DNA from: Scenedesmus sp. PABB004 | Taxonomy: Eukaryota | Direction: 5' to 3' | DNA: 64,000 nt | Assembly: GCA_014905635.1 (NCBI GenBank) | Contig: JABVCE010000021.1 | Coordinates: 248,001 to 312,000 of the forward strand | In this document: piece after piece, positions 1-10,958 of the stretch | How the letters are laid out: every line of letters begins with the position of its first letter | How positions within the stretch are numbered: the stretch's first letter is position 1 | Translations under genes and position numbers: made by a program | Notes under the pieces: generated by a model | Told to the model about the DNA's origin: nothing | Seen by the model: the letters and a program-made list of their open reading frames with translations, nothing else | Databases searched by the model: none

Positions 1-584
1 GCCCGCCGCGGCCCGCGCGTCGCGCACCCCATGCCGGCGGGGTTGAGCGCGTCGTTCGCGCCGAAGCAGAGCGTGACGAGCTTGATGCGCCCCGCGCCAA
101 AGGCGCCCAGGAACTCGTCAAGCACAAACAACCCCATGCGGCTGCGGCGGGCGGGCGGGTGCACGGCGGCTCGCACAGCGGTCCGCGACGCGCGCGGCGG
201 CGCGGCGGCGGGGGGGCCCCCGTGCGCGCGGCGCGCCGCGCCTGGTGTAGCCGCCGTAGCCCCGGTTCACCACGTCGGCCTTGCGCCGGTACGCCTGCGA
301 GAGCATGAGACCCCAGCCGTCCTCAAAGAACGACTGCCTGCGCGCCAGCGGGCGGGCGGCGGGCGGCGGGCGCCCGCGTCGCGCCCCGTGCCGGCGTGCC
401 GCCGTCTCACGGCGGCGCGCGCCGCCGGCGCGCGCGCCGCTCACTCGGTGATGCTGTCGCCGACGAGCACCACCATGGGCCGGAACAGCCCCTGCGCCGC
501 GGCCGGCGCGGGGCCGGCCACCAGCAGCGCGGCGGCGCACAGCGCGACCGCCAGCGCCGCGCCGCGGTGGGCGCGGCGCCGCAT
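1..584 (-). CDS. SGNH/GDSL hydrolase, IAH1-like, copy 1 (spliced; 3' end outside window)
   Basis: ATG at 584 gives MRRRAHRGAALAVALCAAALLVAG (signal-like) then MVVLVGDSITE. Later exons give QSFFEDGWGLMLSQAYRRKADVVNRGYGGY and KLVTLCFGANDA, i.e. SGNH blocks I-III. Confidence 0.85.
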
Positions 585-1113
585 GCCTGCCGCCACGTGG
601 ACGGCACGCCCTGCGGCCAGCGGCGGCGGCGATTGGCCGGCGGTCGGCGTGTGGCGCTGCCTGCCAGTGGCGCGGCGCGGCGCGGCGCGCTGGCTGCCTT
701 CAAGAGCTCATCACCCGCGCTGAGGCCGCCGGGCACGCGCCTGGGCGCGTGGGCGGCTGGCAGCAGCCGGCGGCGCAGCTCACCGGCGCGCCCGGGTGCG
801 CTCTGCTCTTGCTCGCCTAGCGCTGACGGGGCGCAGGGGGGTCCGCAATTGCCGCCGGCCTCGCGGTCTGGCGCGAGAGCGGCGGGGCGCACCGGCCCAC
901 CCGCCGGCGGTTGGGGCGGCGCGCGGGTGACGCTCCTGCCGACCGCGCGCGCAGGCAGAAGCGCGCTGCGCAGAGCGCTGTCAGAGAGCGCCGCCGGAGA
1001 GCGCCACACAGAGCGCCTAGTGGCCCCGCCCGCCGAGCTCGTGTGGTGCAGCTCGATCGCGCCCGCTCGGCGCGCGCCGCCGGCAGCGGCGCGCAGCGCC
1101 CGCTCGGCGCGCG

Positions 1114-2514
1114 ATGCCGCCCGCGTCGCCCGACGGCCAGCGGAGCCTGCGCCTGGCACGCACACCACTGCTGTACCCGGTCGTGCCGGCCAAGCGGCAG
1201 CACGGCGGCGGCGCCTGGGGCTCGGGCGGGCGGCCGCTGCTGGTGGTGGCGCTGCTGCTCGCGGCCGTCCTGGCCGGGGGCCTGTGGGCGCGCGCCGGCG
1301 CGCCGCTCAGCAGCAGCGGCGGCGCCGCCGGCGTAAGAAGCGCGCCGGGGAAGCGCGCGGCGGGCGGCGCCCCCGCGTCGTCGGTGTGGCGCCGGCCGGC
1401 GATTCTGCTGATAGGGGACAGCTTAACCGAGCTCGGCGAGGACGCGGGCGGCGGCTGGGCCTCGCTGCTGGCCGCCGCGTTCCGCCGGCGGGTGCGCGAG
1501 CGCCGCGCCGCGCGGGCGCGTGCCGCGCCGCGCCCTGACGACGACGGCGCGCGCCCGCGTCGGCGGCGCCCGCGTCGCCGCTGGCGGTGTGGCGCGCCAG
1601 CACACGGCGCCCCCTTGCCCCGCGGCGCCCGCGCCGCGCAGGCCGACGTGCTTAACCGCGGCTTTGGCGGCTACAACACCGAGACCGTGCGCCTCGTGGT
1701 GTGCGAGATCACGGACAGCCTCAAGGCGCCGGGCCAGACCGTCGCGGCCGCGACGCTCTGGCTGGGGGCCAACGACGCGGCGCTGCCCGACGGCCGCGAG
1801 TGAGCGCGGCGCAGGGCGCGCGCGCGCCGCGGCGGCTGAACCGCGCCGCGCCGCGCCGGCTTGAGCGCCGTCGCGCCGGCTGAGCGCCGCCGCGCCGCCG
1901 CGCAGCGGGCGCGTGCACCTGCCGCTGCCGCGCTACGAGGCCAACCTGCGGGATATCGTCGCGCAGCTGCGCGGCGCGGGCGTGGCGCACGTGGTGCTCA
2001 TCACGCCGCCGCCGGTCTCGGAGGACGCGCCCGCGGCGGGCCCGGTGAGCGCGCGCGGCGACTCCGCCCGGCGCGCCAGCTGCGCAGCCGCGCGGCCCGC
2101 GTCACGCCCTCGGCCCGCCGCGCCCGCGCCGCCCAGGGCCCGCCACGGCGGTTGAACGTGACGCAGCGCTACGCGGCCGCCGCGCGGCGCGTCGCGGCGG
2201 ACCTGCGCGCGCCGCTGCTCGACGCCTGGGCGCTGTTCGAGGCGACGCCGGGCTGGCAGACGGCGCTGCTCGCGCCGGACGGCCTGCACCTCAGCGGCAC
2301 GGGGCAGGGCCTGGTCGCGCAGGCCCTGCTCGCGTTGATGGAGGCCGAGCTGGGGCTGGCGCCGGAGACGCTGCCGCTGCACCACCCGTCCTGGCCGGAC
2401 CTGTACACGCCGCCGGGCGGCCCGGCGGCGGCGCTCGCCGACGAGCAGCGCGCGTACGCGCGCGCCGGCGGCCAGACCGCCTGCGCTCTGCCTGGCGGAG
2501 GCATGAGAGCGTGA
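1114..2514 (+). CDS. SGNH/GDSL hydrolase, IAH1-like, copy 2 (spliced)
   Basis: ILLIGDSLTE, DVLNRGFGGYN, LWLGANDA, VVLITPPPV and PDGLHLS across GT-AG introns; N-terminal hydrophobic anchor. Confidence 0.9.
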
Positions 2515-3046
2515 GTGTGAGTGCGACGTCGCCCGCCTCGTCGCCAGCCTGGCGCCGCGGGCCGCGCTTCAGGGCGTGGCGCCAGCCACGCACATCACCT
2601 CGCCCCGCCGCGCACGGCGTCGCCATCGCGATTCACAGGCCGCTCGGACCAGCGCCCACGCGGTCACGGCAGGCTGCGCGCGCGTCGCGTTCTGCTGCTC
2701 GCGCGCGTCTCGCCCGGCGGCCTCGCCCGGCGTGACTGCGCGGCTCAAAGAGCGACTTCACTATTTATTGGCCGAACCAGGAGCTCGACGGTGAGTTATG
2801 GGCCCGGGCGGCGACGCGGGGGGCGCGGGATGCGCAGAAAACGCGGGCGCCCCTCCTGGCGCGAGGCGGGCCGCGCGGGATGATGGCGCGTGCGCATCAT
2901 GCACAAGAAAGTGGGCGTGAATTTATTTTCGGTCCCGCGCGGCCGCCCGTTGGCGGGCCTGACCGGCGCCGGCGGCGGCAGCAGCGGCCGGCCGCGCGGC
3001 CGCCCACGCCGCACCGCCGCGCCGCCGCAGCCCCCCGCACGCCACC

Positions 3047-4443
3047 ATGGCCCGCACCACCGCCGTTTGGCTGCTGCTGGCGCTGGCGCTGTCCCTCGCG
3101 GCCGGCGACGAGGCGCCCGGCGGCGCGGCGCCGGGCGGCGCGGCGGCGGGCGGCGCGGCCGTGGCCGGCGCGTACCTTGGCAACGAGGAGCCCACCATCT
3201 GGACGCGCCCCGCCGTGCTGCTCCTGGGCGACAGCCTCACCGAGCTGGGGCTGGACCCCACGGGCGGCTGGGGCGTGAGGCTCGCGCACGCTTATGCGCG
3301 CAAGGTGCGGCGGACGCCCGCCTCCTCTCGCGCGCTCAAGCGCGCCGGCGGCCGCCCGCCCGGCGCGGCGCCGCCGCTGCGGCCCCACGCCGCGGCCGCC
3401 GCGGCGCGCAGGCTGACGTCATCAACCGCGGCTTTGGCGGCTACACCACGCCCACGCTCTCGCTCTCGCTGCCCGAGGTGCTCGCGTCGACGCGGGGGCA
3501 GAAGGTGATGCTCGCCACGCTCTGGCTCGGCGCCAACGACGCCAGCCGCCCCGACCGCGGCAAGTGAGTGGCCGGCCCTGCCCAGCGCCCGCGCGCGCGC
3601 GCGCGCGACCCGGTGGCGGCCCGGCGCCGCGCCACGCCACGCGGCCGCGCCGACCGCGCCGCCGCCGCCGCCCGCTGCGCGCGCAGCGCCGCCGCGGCGG
3701 TGCCGGTGGTCAGCTACGCGGCGCTCCTGGCAAACATGGTGCGGCAGCTGCAGGCCGCGGGCGTGGCCAACGTCGTGCTCATCACGCCCCCGCCGGTGAA
3801 CGAGGCCGCGCCCAAGGCGCTCGGCCCCGGCGAGGTGCGGCGGCGCAGCGGGGCGCGCGGCGCGCCACACCGCGCGCGCACACGCCGCCGTGTGCCGCCG
3901 GCGCCTCACCGCCTCACCGCCGCCGCCGCCGCCGCCGCAGACGCTGCCCGCGCGTACGCGCGACTACACGGCGCAGTACGCCGCCGCGGCGCGCGGCGTC
4001 GCGGCGCAGATGCGCGTGCCGCTGCTCGACGTCGCGGCGCTGTTCGAGGCGACGCCGGGCTGGCAGACGGCGCTGCTCGGCGCCGACGGCCTCCACCTCA
4101 GCCCCGCGGGGCAGAGCCTGGTCTTCTCGTCGCTCATGGGTCTCATCGAGAAGCAGCTGCCGGACGTGCGGTGCGTTCCACGCGGCGCCGCGCTGTGGGC
4201 GACTGCGCTGTCGGCTGCCGCGCTGCGGGCTGCAGCACTGGGTTGTCGCGCGCGCTGACGCCCGAATCTGCCGCGCGGCGCAGGCCGACCGCGCTGCCGT
4301 GGCACCACCCGACGTGGTGGTTCGTGGACTACCAGAACGCGGCCGCGCAGTGGGGCGCCGAGGAGGCCGCATACCGCGCCGCCACGGGCGCGGGCGCGGG
4401 CGCGGGCGGCCGCGCGGTGGCGGCCGCCGCCGGCCGCGACTGA
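3047..4443 (+). CDS. SGNH/GDSL hydrolase, IAH1-like, copy 3 (spliced)
   Basis: Signal peptide MARTTAVWLLLALALSLAAG, then VLLLGDSLTE, DVINRGFGGY, LWLGANDA, DGLHLS; intron positions largely shared with copy 2. Confidence 0.9.
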
Positions 4444-4728
4444 CGCGGTGGGCGGTCGAACGGGTGGGTGGGTGGGCGTGGGGTGGGGGGGAGGGACTGA
4501 CGCATTTGCACGGCATTGCCGCATCACCGTCGCGCGGCCGCGACGGCGCGCCGCGATCGATACATCGCGGCGGCCCGAGCCGCAGCAATAAACGGCTCGA
4601 ACAACAACGATGACCCGGCCCGCAGGGGCCGCCTGTGACAACCGCAACTCCCGGCCGAGCCCCCACGCGCTCGCTCGCGCCGTCGCCGCCGCCGGGCTGC
4701 GCCGCGCGCCGGGCCCTCATGAGGCTGA

Positions 4729-5901
4729 TCAGCCAAACTCAAACGTGACCGGCAGCTCCGCCGTCGCGGCGGCCGGCAGCCACAGCAGCAGGTCTGCCAG
4801 CCAGCGCCCAGTCTTGGGCACCACCGCGGCCGACACGAGCCTGCGGGCGGGGTCGCGCGTGGGCGCGCGCCCGGCGCGGGCGCCTGGCGCGCGCGCGGCG
4901 CGCGCGCGGGCGCTCACGTGCCGCGGCCGCCGGCGAGGCGCCGCCCCTCGACGCGCGCGCCGAGCGCCGCGGCGGGCTCGCTCGTGAGCGTCGCGTCGAC
5001 GGTCAGCGCCGTCGGCGCGCCGGCGCCCACCGCGGCGAGGAACTGAGCCTCAAACGCGAGGACCACCGCGCCGGTGGACGGGTCGACGGTGCCCTGCGCT
5101 CGCGGCAACCGGCGCGCGGTGAGAGATGAAGAGTGGGGCCGGGGCGCGCGCGCGAGGTCGCCGCGCACCTCGAGGCGCGTGGTGCGGATGCGAAGGAACG
5201 GAAACGGCACCACGCCGCACAGGTAGCTGGTGCCGACTGCCGGGCGCGGCGCGGCGCGGCGTTGGGGTGGGCGCGCCCCGCGCGGCCCGCGTGGCGGCGG
5301 GCAGGCGTGGGCGCGGCCGCGCCGCACCTGAGAACTCGTCGGGCGGGTCGCGCGTGAAGCACACGCGCAGCAGCTTGCCGCCGGCCTCGGCCTCAGCCTC
5401 GGCCTCGGCGGCCGGGGCGTCGGCGGGCGCGCCGTCGCCCCCGCCGCCAGCAGCCGCCGCCGCCGCCGCGGCAGCCGCTGCCGCGCCCGCGGCCGTCTGG
5501 CCGCGCGGCACCTCGCCCGCGTCGACGAGGCGCGCGGCGCCGGGCTCCGCGTCGCGCGCCGGCGCCGCGAAGCGGAAGCGCGGCCACCAGCCGATGCCCA
5601 TGCGGCAGGGGCCGTCGCCACCGCCGACGTGCATCGTGGCCGTCCGGATGGCCCCGGGCGGCAGCGCCGTGCCCAGCACGCTCCCGTGGTCGTGCGCGGT
5701 CGCGCCGCCCGGCGCCTGCAGCGGCGGCGGCGCCGCGTGCGCCATGACGTGCGGCGCTGGTCGTCGCGGTCGTCGGTCGGACGGTGAGCGGCGCGTGCGA
5801 CGGCGCGGCGCGACCGGGCAGCAGCGGCGGAGCGCGGCGCGAGCTGGCGGCGGCGGCAGCGACCCGCAGCGCTGCGCCGCAGCCGCCGCGACGAGGTCCA
5901 T
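4729..5901 (-). CDS. Conserved hypothetical protein, probably plastid-targeted (spliced)
   Basis: Transit-peptide-like N-terminus. Spliced C-terminal domain GTSYLCGVVPFPFLRIRTTRLE/GTVDPSTGAVVLAFEAQF...LTSE...LADLLLWLPAAATAELPVTFEFG* resembles an uncharacterised plant/cyanobacterial family (from memory, not searched). Confidence 0.6.
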
Positions 5902-6120
5902 GTCGACTGCGGGCTGGCGGAGCCGAGCAGCGGGGTTCAGCTAGCCGATGCCGCCGCTCGGTGCGGCGCACGCGCGCGCGGCCTCCAGAGCAGAGCTGGG
6001 GCCGCTGCACCGAGCCGGCGTGGTCGCTCCCGCACTTTGTGCGTCACGGGAGAGCCCGCGCGGCCCGAACCGCGCCGCAAACCGCTCGCGGCCGCGCCGC
6101 GCTGCTCCCGCGCAGACCGC

Positions 6121-8510
6121 GATGGCGGCGATGGCGGAGGTGCCGCAGGCGACCGAGGAGCTACTGGCCGCCTACGCGGCCCGCGTCGCGGGCGGCGGCG
6201 GTCGCGGCCGCGGCGGCGGCAGCGGCGGGGGCGACCCCGCTGCGGTCGCGGCCCTGCTGGCGGCGGGCGCGGACGCCGCAGCGCACGCCGGATACGCCAA
6301 GGGCGGCGGCCCGCTTCCCTTCCAGCACGGCGGCGCGGGATTCGTGGTCGAGCCGGCGCTGCCGCACGCCCTGCACGACCTGCTCGCGCCGCCGGGCGCC
6401 GCCGCGGCCTTCCCGCGCTGGCAGCTCGGCTTCACCGCCCGCAAACACGACACCGACCTGGGGGTCAAGGTGGACAAGCGCGCCGCCGCGCTGGCGCTGC
6501 AGCTGCCAGGCGGCGACCCCGTGCGGCTGGCGCTGGCCTTCACGCAAAACGGCGGCACCGCCCGGCGCGTGGGGCTGGGGCTGCGCCTGATGGTGGAGAC
6601 GGGCTCCATCGAGATCCGCGTGGAGCGCGACGCCGGCGCGCCGCCGCGCCTGCCCACGGCCCGGGCGCGCGTGTGGCGAGCGATCGTGTTCCGCGACGCG
6701 CAGCCGGCTCACGCCAAGCCGTACTGGGAGCGGCGGGAGAAGGAGGGCTGCTGGCGCGGGTGCGTCGCGCTCTACGTCTTTCCCGGCACGCTCGTGGACC
6801 CCGGCAAGCCGCTGCCGGCGCTGCTGCCGCGCGGCGCGGCGGCGCCTCCGGAGCCGCTGGCAGAGCTGCCGCCCGGGCAGGGCGCGGCGGCAGACGGCGG
6901 CGGCGCGCTGGGCGACGGCGGCGCGCTGGGCGACGGCGGCGCGCTGGGCGACGGCGGCGCGCTGGGCGACGGCCGGGCGCCCAGCCCAGACCTGGAGGAC
7001 TGGATCAGCACCCTCGCCGCCTCGCCGCACCTTCCCAGGCTGGACGCTGCGCTCGACGCCTGGCCGCCCCACCCGCCCGGCGCGGCAGCAGAGCCAGGAC
7101 CGGCGCCAGAGCCACTGCAGCAGGCGCCGCCCGCCGGCGGCGAGGAGGAGGACGAGCAGGCGGAGGAGCTCGCGCTGCTGCTGCCGGCGCTGTCGCCGGC
7201 GGCGGGGCCAGGCGCGAGCGGCGCGGCGCCGCCCGGGTCGCCGGCGCGGCGGAGCGCCGCGCAGCGCGCGCTGTCCACCGACGCCGCCCGAATCGGCGCG
7301 GCGCTGCTGGACGCGTGCTCCGGGCTCTGGGGCGCGGCGGTCAGCGCGGAGCAGCTGCGGGCGCAGCTGCTCGCGGCCGCGCGCCACAACGCGGCGGTCG
7401 GAGCTGCGCGGCTCGGCGCGGCGGGCGCGGCGCTGGCAGTCAACCTGCTGCAGCTGCGCGAGCCCTGGCTGAGCCGCACGCTGCTGCACTTGCTGGCCGG
7501 GCAGCAGTCGGCCTGGGAGCCCGCCGGCGTGGCGGCGCCGCCGGGCGCCGCTGCGCCGCTGGGCGGCCTCGTGCCTGTGCAGCCGCTGCCGGCCGACGTG
7601 CGGGTGCAGCTGCTGGGCATGCTGCGGGACGCGGTGACGGAGGGCTGGCCGGCGGACGGCAGCGGCGGCCGCGTCAGCCTCGCCGGCGGGCTGCGGGGCG
7701 CGGCGGCGTGGCGGCGCGCGCTGCGCGCGACCAACGCCAACGGCGCCACGCCCTGGCTCACCGCATGCACGTTTGCGCTGCCCGAGGTCATCGACTGGTT
7801 CCTGCGCGACGCCGGCCTGCGCCTGCGCGACCTGCTCGCGCCCACGCGCCGCGGTGCGGCCCGCGCGCGCGGCCGCTCGACCGGGCCGCGTGCCCCCGCG
7901 CGGCGCGACGCCTCGCTGCTCGCGCGGCCTGACTGCGCAGCCCGCCCCCTGACTCGCCCGCCTGCCCGCCCGCTGCGTGCCCGCTGCCGCGCGCGTCTGG
8001 CCGACGCCGCGTCGCCATCGCCACCGTCGCGCCGGCAGGGCGGCTCGCGTATCACGTCATCACCCGCGAGGCCGCCGAGCGCGCCAAGGGCACGAGCCCG
8101 CGCGGCCGCGACGCGGCGCGCTGCGGCGCCGCGCTCGCCGCGACGCTCGCCGCGCTCGCGGCCCGGCTCGAGGCCGCGGCCGCCGCGACGCTGGGCGCGG
8201 AGGAGCTGCGCGCGCTCGCCGCCGCCGCGGCAGGCGCAGGCGGCGGCGCTGGCGCGCCGGCGGCGCTGGCGCGCGCCGGCGCCAAGCGCCCCGCGCTGGA
8301 GCGCGGCGACGACGGCGACCGCGCCGCCGCGCTGGGCAAGCTGCGTGCCACGGTCGCCGCCGCGCACGGCGGCACGCTGGGCGCGTGGCTCGCGGCGCGG
8401 GGGCGCCACGTGTTCCACACGGCCGCGCCCACGTACGACGTGGCGCTGCTGGAGGCGGTGACGCGGCAGGTGCTGGCGGCCGAGGTGGCGCCCGCGCCGG
8501 CGTGCGCCTG
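6121..8510 (+). CDS. Hypothetical protein with N-terminal globular domain and degenerate ankyrin-like motifs
   Basis: Long coding-like exon from ATG 6121; NANGATPWLTACTFALPEVIDWFL and GRHVFHTAAPTYDVALLEAV resemble ankyrin repeats; probable intron ~7854-8038; stop at 8508-8510. Confidence 0.6.
6893..6972 (+). repeat. 18-bp coding tandem repeat (GDGGAL) x~4
   Basis: ggcgacggcggcgcgctg repeated in tandem. Confidence 0.85.
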
Positions 8511-8630
8511 ACGGCCGAGCGCGACGGCTGGCTGCGGCGGCGGAGCGGTTGCGGCGGGTGGCGGCGGCGGCGGCGCGCGGCGCGCCTACGAATGCACGGT
8601 GGCTTTGCAGCGCTCGTGGGCGCGCTCGAT

Positions 8631-8675
8631 GCGAGGTTGCGCGCAGGTTACGCGAGGCTGTCGACCGGAACGCGG
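8631..8675. repeat. 45-bp perfect inverted repeat, left arm (partner 19008-19052)
   Basis: gcgaggttgcgcgcaggttacgcgaggctgtcgaccggaacgcgg is the exact reverse complement of 19008-19052. Confidence 0.95.
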
Positions 8676-8681
8676 TCACTG

Positions 8682-9101
8682 GGGGCAACGCGGCGCGCGA
8701 AGCGGCGCGTGATGCGGCGGCGCGGCGCGGAGCGCGCTGGCGCGCGCCGGCAGCTGCGGCGCGCGGCCGGCTGGCCCGCGCCGCGCGGTCGCGCCGCCCG
8801 TGGGCACCTGCTTGCTGAGGTCCAGCGCCAGCTTGCGCGCCAGCTCCGCGAGGTGGCTGTCCTTCTCCACCCGCCCCACCAGCAGCACGATCACCGACGC
8901 GCAGCACTCGGCGTCTGCGCGGCGCGGCGGGTGAGCGCGCGCCGGCGCCGCGCCGGCCCTGCTCGCTGCCGCTCGCCGCCGCGCCAGCCCGCGCCGCCCG
9001 CCCCGCGCCCCGCTCGCCGCCGCCGCGCGGCGCACCCTTTTCGCTGGCCTTTGCGAACACCAGGTCCAGGTGGCCGGCCATGCGCTTGATGAGCTCATCC
9101 C
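8682..9101 (-). pseudogene. Captured 420-bp fragment of eIF3m (partial intron-exon-intron-partial exon)
   Basis: Identical by eye to 27249-27668 of the intact eIF3m gene, introns included (DELIKRMAGHLDLVFAKASEK / AECCASVIVLLVGRVEKDSHLAELARKLALDLSKQ). Confidence 0.93.
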
Positions 9102-9569
9102 GCCGAGGCCCCCGCCGTGTGGCTGTAGCGGTCGGTTGCGCCGTCGCCCGGCGGAGCTGCAGCAGGTGCGCGGCGCGCAGGAAGAGCGGCAGCATCGTGG
9201 CAGCCACAACGGAGAGGCGGGGGAGTGGCGGGCGAGGCGGTGGCGCGCCAGCGGTCGGGCGCGCGGCCGGCCGTCACGGCGGCGCAGCGCGCACAACAAT
9301 CGAGGCAACGTCGGATCGCGTGTGCAGTAGCTCGTGCCCCCTCGCTGCCTGCGACGGGTGCGGGATCGAGCGGGCGCGTTGCCGACGCCGGCGCCGCCCG
9401 CCGGCGACGTCGCCGGGTGCCGCTGCCGGCCGCCCACGGCTGCGTGTGCGACCTCTGCGGCGACGACGTGCACCCCGACGCAGAGGTGCGGCCGGGGAGC
9501 GCCGCGGCGGCGGTGGCGCCGGGCACTGCCAATCCCCCCAGCTGCTGGCCCCCCAGCTGCGCCGCGCAC

Positions 9570-9672
9570 CCGCGTTGACGAGCGCGTCGCCGCTCCACGC
9601 CGCGATGTCGCCCTGCGACAGCACGATCAGCGCCTCGCCGTGCTTGTACCACCTCGCGTTGGAGGAGGGCAT
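9570..9672 (-). pseudogene. Isolated first exon of a macro-domain (ADP-ribose binding/hydrolase) gene
   Basis: MPSSNARWYKHGEALIVLSQGDIAAWSGDALVNA followed by a GTGCGC donor; matches the macro-domain GDI...DAxVNA motif; no downstream exons found. Confidence 0.7.
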
Positions 9673-9700
9673 CCTGGCGCCGGGTCCGCGCCCGGGCGCG

Positions 9701-9778
9701 CTGCGGTGGCGGGCGGGCGCGGCTGGAGCGGCGCAGCAGCTGCGGTGGCGGGCGGGCGCGGCTGGAGCGGCGCAGCAG
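9701..9778 (+). repeat. 39-bp tandem duplication
   Basis: ctgcggtggcgggcgggcgcggctggagcggcgcagcag x2. Confidence 0.9.
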
Positions 9779-10312
9779 CGGCGCCGGCGCCCGCCCGCCG
9801 CCGCGCGCCGCCGACGCCGCCGCGCACGCTGTGGCGGTGGCGGTGCGCGACGGGGATGCCCAGGAGGAGGAAAGCAGCGGCGGCAGCCGGGCAACGTCGT
9901 GAGGGGCGGGGCCAACCGCCCTGAACCGCCTGACCGCCCGTGCTCTCGGTGCCCGAACCGCCAGCCCATCTGGCACCAGACCGTGCACGGTGAGAGGCAC
10001 ACGCGGCGGCCACCCGCGCCGGGCGAGAGCCTCCCGCGATGCAAGCTCGTCGATCGCGCGCCAGCACGCGGCGCGCGCGCTGCCGGCAGCCCCGGCCGGC
10101 GCGCGCCGCGATGGTCAGCCTGTGAGGCGCGTGTGTGGTGCGTGCGTCGCGGCGCGTCGGCCATCGCGCGCTCCGCGTCGGGCCCGTTCCGGAAGATTCA
10201 TGCCGCCCGCCCCGCCCCGCCGCGCCCCGCCCCGCCCCGCCCCGCCGCGCCCCGCCCGGCCCTCCTCCTCCCGACAAGCGCCAGGCCCCTGAGGTGGGGC
10301 GCGCTGGGCGCC

Positions 10313-10922
10313 ATGGAGCCGGAGCCGCCGCCGCCGATCGGCGGCGGGCAGCAGGAGGCGCAGCAGCGAGCGCGCGCCGGCGCGCCGGCTCAGGGCGCGC
10401 CCGCCGGCCTTCTCGCGCTGCCGGTGCTGAACTGGGGCGCGCCGCAGCCGGCGGCGCCGGCGCAGCCGCGCCCGCCGCCGGCGGGCGCCGGCTGGCGCCG
10501 CGCGTATCGCGGGCAGGAGGAGGACTGGCTGCAGCCGCCGCCCGCCGCCGCAGCAGCAGCAGCAGCAGCAGCAGCACCAGCACCAGCACCAGCAGCAGCG
10601 CGCGGGCGCGTCGGCGCCGCGGCAGCCGCCCGCTGCCGGCGGCTTCGCGTACCAGGAGGTGGTGCGCGGGCCGGCGCGCCAGGACCTGCCGGGGCACGAC
10701 TGTGCTCAGTGCCGCGACTTCTACGGCGCCCTCTCCACCTGGGGCGCGCCGGCGCCGGGCACCATGATGCTGCTCCCGTGCACGCACGCGCTGGCCCCGG
10801 CCGCGCTGCAGGCCGCGTCGCGGCACCGCGCCAAGCACGCGCCTCCCGAGACCCCGCCGGGGTTTTGGGACATCGGGTTCACGCCCGATGAGCAGGCGGC
10901 GGTGTTTACGCTTGGCGACCCT

Positions 10923-10958
<36 letters not shown>

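Noticed and set aside
10313..10900. A normal host CtIP/COM1 gene merely adjacent to Fanzor
   Set aside because: It lies inside the TSD-bounded element, lacks the long N-terminal coiled coil, and reads through with no stop after the FWDIGF motif. Not fully excluded without a genome search.
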